The notes under the pieces were generated by a model. The model was not told the DNA's origin, ran no database searches, and worked only from the letters and a program-made list of their open reading frames with translations. A stretch of 64,000 nucleotides of DNA, taken from positions 3,941-67,940 of the forward strand of contig DATJHK010000008.1 of the NCBI GenBank assembly GCA_035493875.1. Reading direction: 5' to 3'. The DNA comes from Candidatus Limnocylindria bacterium (GTDB taxonomy: Bacteria; Vulcanimicrobiota; Vulcanimicrobiia; Vulcanimicrobiales; Vulcanimicrobiaceae). This document shows positions 60,088 to 64,000 of this stretch, piece by piece. How positions within the stretch are numbered: the first letter of the stretch is position 1; every line of letters starts with the position of its first letter. Position numbers and translations under genes: made by a program.

Positions 60088-60972
60088 GTGAGCGACATCG
60101 TCACGATCGGCTTGGTTCAGGCGCATCACGACACCGACGGAGACGCGCCGGTCGAGGTCCACAAGCAGGCCGCGATCGCGAAGCACGTGGGGCTCATCCG
60201 TGAGGCGGCGCAGCGCGGCGCGCAGATCGTCTGCCTGCAGGAGCTCTTCTACGGGCCGTACTTCTGCACCGAACAGAACCCGAAGTGGTACGCCGCGACC
60301 GAGCGCGTCCCCGAGGGCCCGACGACGCGGCTGATGCAGGATCTCGCGCGCGAGCTCGGGATCGCGCTGATCGTACCGCTCTACGAGCGGACGATCAGCG
60401 GTGTCTACTACAACACCGCCGTCGTGATCGACGCCGACGGCACGGTGCTCGGAATCTACCGCAAGCACCACATCCCGCAAGTCGCCGCAGGCCCCGCACC
60501 GTGCGGGTTCTGGGAAAAGTTCTACTTCAAGCCGGGCAACAGCGGGTATCCGACGTTCCAGACGAAGTTCGCGCGCGTCGGCGTCTACATCTGCTACGAC
60601 CGGCACTTCCCCGAGGGCGCACGGCTCCTCGGTCTCAACGGCGCGGAGATCGTCTTCAACCCCTCGGCGACGGTCGCCGGGCTCTCGGAACATCTCTGGA
60701 AGCTCGAGCAGCCCGCGCACGCCGTCGCCAACGGCTATTACGTCGGCGCCATCAACCGCGTCGGCTGGGAATCGCCCTGGAACATGGGCGAGTTCTACGG
60801 GCAGTCGTACCTGGTCGACCCGCGCGGGCAATTCGTCGCGATCGGCAGCCGCGACAAGGACGAGGTCGTCGTCGCGCAGATGGACCGCCGCGTGATCGAG
60901 GAGGTCCGCAACACCTGGCAGTTCTACCGCGACCGCCGTCCGGAGACGTACGGCGACATGGTGGAAGTGTAG
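60088..60972 (+). CDS. Beta-ureidopropionase / N-carbamoyl-beta-alanine amidohydrolase (nitrilase superfamily)
   Basis: GTG 60088. The catalytic triad context is CLQELF (E), YRKHHIP (K) and VYICYDRHFPE (C). Confidence 0.85.
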   Translation: MSDIVTIGLVQAHHDTDGDAPVEVHKQAAIAKHVGLIREAAQRGAQIVCLQELFYGPYFCTEQNPKWYAATERVPEGPTTRLMQDLARELGIALIVPLYERTISGVYYNTAVVIDADGTVLGIYRKHHIPQVAAGPAPCGFWEKFYFKPGNSGYPTFQTKFARVGVYICYDRHFPEGARLLGLNGAEIVFNPSATVAGLSEHLWKLEQPAHAVANGYYVGAINRVGWESPWNMGEFYGQSYLVDPRGQFVAIGSRDKDEVVVAQMDRRVIEEVRNTWQFYRDRRPETYGDMVEV

Positions 60973-60988
60973 CGAGAAAGGACGCTCG

Positions 60989-62509
60989 ATGCAGACGCAG
61001 GTCGAACGCGACGGGATCGTGACGCTCACGCCGCCGGCGGCGCGCGAGGCGGCGGCCCACACCGACCTCTGGAACGACGATCTGCGTCCGTGCACGCCGC
61101 AGGAGCATGCCTGGGGCGCGCCGCGGTTCGCGTCGCTCTGGATCGGGATGTGTCTGTGCATCCCGACCTACTCGCTCGCCAGCGGGATGATCTCGCTGGG
61201 GATGAACTGGTGGGAGGCGGTGCTGACGATCTTCGTCGGCAGCGTCGTCGTGCTCGTCCCGATCTTGCTCGTCGCGCACGCCGGGACGCGCTACGGCTTT
61301 CCGTATCCGGTCTTCGCGCGCTTGTGGTTCGGGACGCGCGGCGCGCACGTCCCGGCCCTCGCTCGTGCCGTGATCGGCGCCGGGTGGTTCGGGATCAACT
61401 CGTGGTTCGGCGGGCAGGCGCTCGACGCGATCGTCGGCCGCGTCGTCCCGGCGTGGAGCTCGCTCGGGCCGCACCTGTTCGTCGCGTTCGGGATCTTCTG
61501 GCTGCTCAACGTCGGGATCGCGATGCGCGGTCCGCAGGCGATCGGAAGGCTCGCAACGTTCGCCGCACCGACGCTGGGCCTGGCGGCGATCGCGCTCTTC
61601 GGCTGGGGCGTTTCGGCATCGGGGAGCGTCGCGACGATGCTCGCCGCGCCCGCGATGCTGCACGGCGGCGCGTTCTGGGCCGCGTTCTTCCCCTCGGTGA
61701 TCGGGGTCGTCGCGTTCTGGGCAACGCTCGCCCTCAACATCCCCGACTACACGCGCTACGCCGTCTCGCAGCGGGCGCAGCTGCGCGGACAGCTCGTCAT
61801 GCCGATCGTGATGGCGCTCTTCGCCTTCGTCGGGATCGCCGTCACCTCGACGACGCTCGCCGTCTTCGGGAAGGCGCTCTGGAACCCGGTCGACCTGCTC
61901 GTGCGCTTCCCGACCGCCGTCGTCGTCATCGGCGGCGCGATCGTGATCCTCTCCTCGATCACGATCAACGTCGGCGCGAACGTGATGGCGCCGGCGCGCG
62001 CGTTCGAGAACCTCTGGCCGCGCCGCATCACCTTCGCCCTCGGCGCCGTCCTGACCGGGCTCCTTGCGCTCGCGATGCAGCCCTGGTACGTCCTCTCGAC
62101 GTTCGCCACGTACGTCTTCACCTGGCTCGGGACGTACGGGACGCTGCTCGGCCCCTTCGACGGGATCGCGATCGCCGATTACTGGCTCGTGCGCGCGAAG
62201 CGGCTCGACCTCGACGACCTCTACACCCCCGGCGGCCGTTACGACTACGCGAGCGGCTGGAACCTGCGCGCGATCGGCGCCCTCGTGATCGGATGGATCC
62301 CGCCGCTCATCGGCCTCGCCGTCCCGGCGCTCGGCTTCCTCTGGTCGGGGGGCTGGTTCTTCAGCATCATCGTCGCCGGTTGTGCGTACGCCGCCTTGAT
62401 GCGCACCGACCACTCACGCTTGAGCGTCGACGAATACGACACGATCACCGAGGTGGTCCCCGGCATGGCGGCACGGGGCATGCCCGCGCCCAACGTCACG
62501 ACCGCCTGA
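60989..62509 (+). CDS. NCS1-family nucleobase:cation symporter (uracil/allantoin/hydantoin permease-like)
   Basis: 506 aa with 12 TM helices. The N-terminal NDDLRPCTPQEHAWG... matches the (N.DL.P....R.W) NCS1 signature, followed by GINSWFGGQAL. Confidence 0.85.
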   Translation: MQTQVERDGIVTLTPPAAREAAAHTDLWNDDLRPCTPQEHAWGAPRFASLWIGMCLCIPTYSLASGMISLGMNWWEAVLTIFVGSVVVLVPILLVAHAGTRYGFPYPVFARLWFGTRGAHVPALARAVIGAGWFGINSWFGGQALDAIVGRVVPAWSSLGPHLFVAFGIFWLLNVGIAMRGPQAIGRLATFAAPTLGLAAIALFGWGVSASGSVATMLAAPAMLHGGAFWAAFFPSVIGVVAFWATLALNIPDYTRYAVSQRAQLRGQLVMPIVMALFAFVGIAVTSTTLAVFGKALWNPVDLLVRFPTAVVVIGGAIVILSSITINVGANVMAPARAFENLWPRRITFALGAVLTGLLALAMQPWYVLSTFATYVFTWLGTYGTLLGPFDGIAIADYWLVRAKRLDLDDLYTPGGRYDYASGWNLRAIGALVIGWIPPLIGLAVPALGFLWSGGWFFSIIVAGCAYAALMRTDHSRLSVDEYDTITEVVPGMAARGMPAPNVTTA

Positions 62510-62526
62510 CTGCGCGTTCGCAGATT

Positions 62527-62551
62527 TCGCCAGGACCTCCGGCTCTGGCGA
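62527..62551 (+). terminator. Hairpin after the permease gene (TCGCCAG-N11-CTGGCGA)
   Basis: A 7-bp inverted repeat lies 18 nt after the stop. It is followed by TCTCGG, which is a poor U-tract. Confidence 0.3.
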
Positions 62552-62611
62552 TCTCGGCGCGTCTGGTGTATGATCATGCGTTGGGTTACCGTCCGCGACA
62601 CAAAGGAGTCC

Positions 62612-63166
62612 ATGCCGATGCGTGTTCTCGTCGCGATCCTCGCCGCCGTCGCGCTCGTTCTCGGTCCGCTCACAGCCGTCGCGCAGGTCAGCCCCGGCAC
62701 CGAGCTCTCCGGCACGATCACGCAATCGTTGAGCTCGGCGAGCACGGCGGTCGGCACGCCGTTCACGCTCTCGAACGTCAGCTCCGCGGACGGCAGCGGG
62801 CACGTCACCGCGGCGACGATCTCCGGGCACGTCACCAACGTCGTCAAGGCCGGGCAAGGACGTCCCGGACGGATCGATCTCGGGTTCGATTCCATCCGCC
62901 TTCATAACGGCACGCGGTACGCGATCGAGGCGCGCGCAACGGAGCTGAAGGTCGACACGAAAAGCAACGCCGCGAAGGAGATCGCCGGGGGGCTCGCCGG
63001 GATGATCGTCGGGAACATCGTCGGCAAGTGGATCGGGATCAGTTTCCTCGGTGCCGCCGGCGCCGCCGGCGGATATCTCGTCGCGAAGAACAATCGGCAG
63101 AACATCACCGTCCCGCAGAACTCCATCGTGACGGTGCAGATCTTGCGCTCCCGCAGACAGGCATGA
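62612..63166 (+). CDS. Secreted/membrane-anchored protein of unknown function with a C-terminal glycine-zipper segment
   Basis: AAGGAG (62603-08) precedes ATG 62612 / ATG 62618. MPMRVLVAILAAVALVLGPLTAVAQ is a signal peptide. The C-terminal GGLAGMIVGNIVGKWIGISFLGAAGAAGGYLV is glycine-zipper-like. Confidence 0.5.
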   Translation: MPMRVLVAILAAVALVLGPLTAVAQVSPGTELSGTITQSLSSASTAVGTPFTLSNVSSADGSGHVTAATISGHVTNVVKAGQGRPGRIDLGFDSIRLHNGTRYAIEARATELKVDTKSNAAKEIAGGLAGMIVGNIVGKWIGISFLGAAGAAGGYLVAKNNRQNITVPQNSIVTVQILRSRRQA

Positions 63167-63228
63167 GCTCGGCGAGTGCTGCGGGAATCTCCAGCTCGAC
63201 CGCCCGCATGATGCTCCGCTGACCGACG

Positions 63229-63255
63229 CCACGGCCTTCCCGTGCAAGGCCGTGG
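63229..63255 (+). terminator. Perfect 10-bp hairpin (CCACGGCCTT-N7-AAGGCCGTGG) downstream of 62612..63166
   Basis: Perfect inverted repeat 63229-38 / 63246-55. There is no U-tract. Confidence 0.35.
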
Positions 63256-63334
63256 ACGCGATGGTAGCATCGATGCGGACGTACACCGGTGCACAGACAC
63301 GAAGCGGTCTTCGTTCTTGCGCGAGGCGGCTAAG

Positions 63335-64000
63335 ATGCGTCGCGTCGAGGGTCTTCCCGCGCTGGGAGCGATTCTGGTCAGCGCACTGCTGCTCCGTCTC
63401 GCCCTCCTGCCCACCTCGTTCGCCGGCGGTGCCGGGGACGTCGCGACCTTCATCGGGTGGACACACCTGCTGCTCGCGTACGGCACGCACGGGCTCTACA
63501 CGCACGTCGAACCCTACAGCCGGCACGTCATCGACTACCCGACGGGCTACCCGCTCGTCCTCACCGGGATCGCGCATCTCTACGCCCCGCTCGCACAAGG
63601 CGACCATCACGAGATCGTCCTGCGCGCACTGCTGAAGCTTCCCGCGATCCTCGCCGACCTCGGCCTGTGCGCGGTCACGTTCGCCGTGGTGAGGGGATGG
63701 GGATCGACGAGGGACGCGCTCACCGCCGCAGCGGTCGCCGCGTTCACGCCGGCGACGTGGATGATCTCAGCGGTGTGGGGACAGATCGATTCGATCCCGG
63801 CGCTGTTCTTGCTGGTCGCGATCGCGCTGACGCTGCGAGGCTCCGCGACGCTGGGATGGGTCGCCCTGGGACTCTCGGTCCTCGTGAAACCGCAGGCTAT
63901 CGTCGCCGCTCCGCTGTTGCTCGCATGGCAGGTTCGGCGTGAGGGACCGCGCGCGAGCCTTGTGCTCGGGCCCGTCTTGGCGGTCGCTCTGGCCTACGTC
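63335..64000 (+). CDS. Integral-membrane glycosyltransferase (GT-C fold; ArnT/PMT/DUF2029-like). The 3' end runs off the window.
   Basis: Not in the ORF track because there is no stop. My translation from ATG 63335 reads MRRVEGLPALGAILVSALLLRLALLPTSFAGGAGDVATFIGWTHLLLAYGTHGLYTHVEPYSRHVIDYPTGYPLVLTG...LLKLPAILADLGL...ISAVWGQIDSIPALFLLVAIAL...LSVLVKPQAIVAAPLL. It shows the GT-C N-terminal pattern (D in the first loop, YPP/YPTG, KPQ), and the frame is open to 64000. Confidence 0.5.
   Translation, partial: MRRVEGLPALGAILVSALLLRLALLPTSFAGGAGDVATFIGWTHLLLAYGTHGLYTHVEPYSRHVIDYPTGYPLVLTGIAHLYAPLAQGDHHEIVLRALLKLPAILADLGLCAVTFAVVRGWGSTRDALTAAAVAAFTPATWMISAVWGQIDSIPALFLLVAIALTLRGSATLGWVALGLSVLVKPQAIVAAPLLLAWQVRREGPRASLVLGPVLAVALAYV

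Overview
This is a 64-kb, high-GC (roughly 70% by eye, not computed) bacterial chromosomal segment. It is gene-dense: I can support about 58 protein-coding genes on both strands, many joined by 4-nt ATGA/GTGA start-stop overlaps. I see no rRNA, tRNA, CRISPR array, transposase, integrase or phage structural genes. Most long ORFs in the supplied track are Arg/Ala/Pro-rich shadow ORFs (off-frame or antisense) of the real genes.

Blocks from left to right:
- a partial fused response-regulator gene
- a MetX-like hydrolase
- a secreted glycosidase-like protein
- WYL regulator, bioB and an MFS transporter
- a three-subunit GMC flavoprotein dehydrogenase with a small monoheme cytochrome c
- a cupin
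- a lytic transglycosylase
- a long minus-strand run: thiC (with TPP riboswitch), a lipoprotein, a hemerythrin, then a six-gene glycosylation operon (carbamoyltransferase, GT2::GmhB fusion, 2 x GT9, 2 x GT4-like)
- EamA, PPC and Uma2 genes
- an alpha-glucan block: amylo-1,6-glucosidase, GH63-like hydrolase, flavoprotein disulfide reductase-glgB-glgX-malQ, and a fused sugar-1-P nucleotidyltransferase/phosphomannomutase
- a DEAD-box helicase
- acnA, threonine dehydratase, GT4 and SDR
- a wHTH + minimal nucleotidyltransferase pair
- rnd and rpiB
- NUDIX, MBL and MDR genes
- a complete reductive pyrimidine-catabolism cluster (preT-preA-dihydropyrimidinase-beta-ureidopropionase-NCS1 permease)
- a partial GT-C membrane glycosyltransferase

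Most worth follow-up:
1. A free-standing ~290-nt plus-strand unit (51889-52210) carries two paralogous mini-ORFs (MTPEDPP.../MTPQDPP...) whose differences are start-codon swaps and synonymous changes.
2. A compact three-way-junction RNA with a GAAA tetraloop is fused to a perfect 15-bp intrinsic terminator (49832-49956). It has no downstream gene and sits next to item 3.
3. A translationally coupled wHTH + AbiEii-like minimal nucleotidyltransferase pair resembles a toxin-antitoxin or abortive-infection module.
4. The carbamoyltransferase/GT2::GmhB/GT9 glycoconjugate operon.
5. A 44-aa hydrophobic protein gene absent from the ORF track has a near-consensus promoter and a strong SD.

All functional calls rest on motif recognition by eye; no database search was possible.
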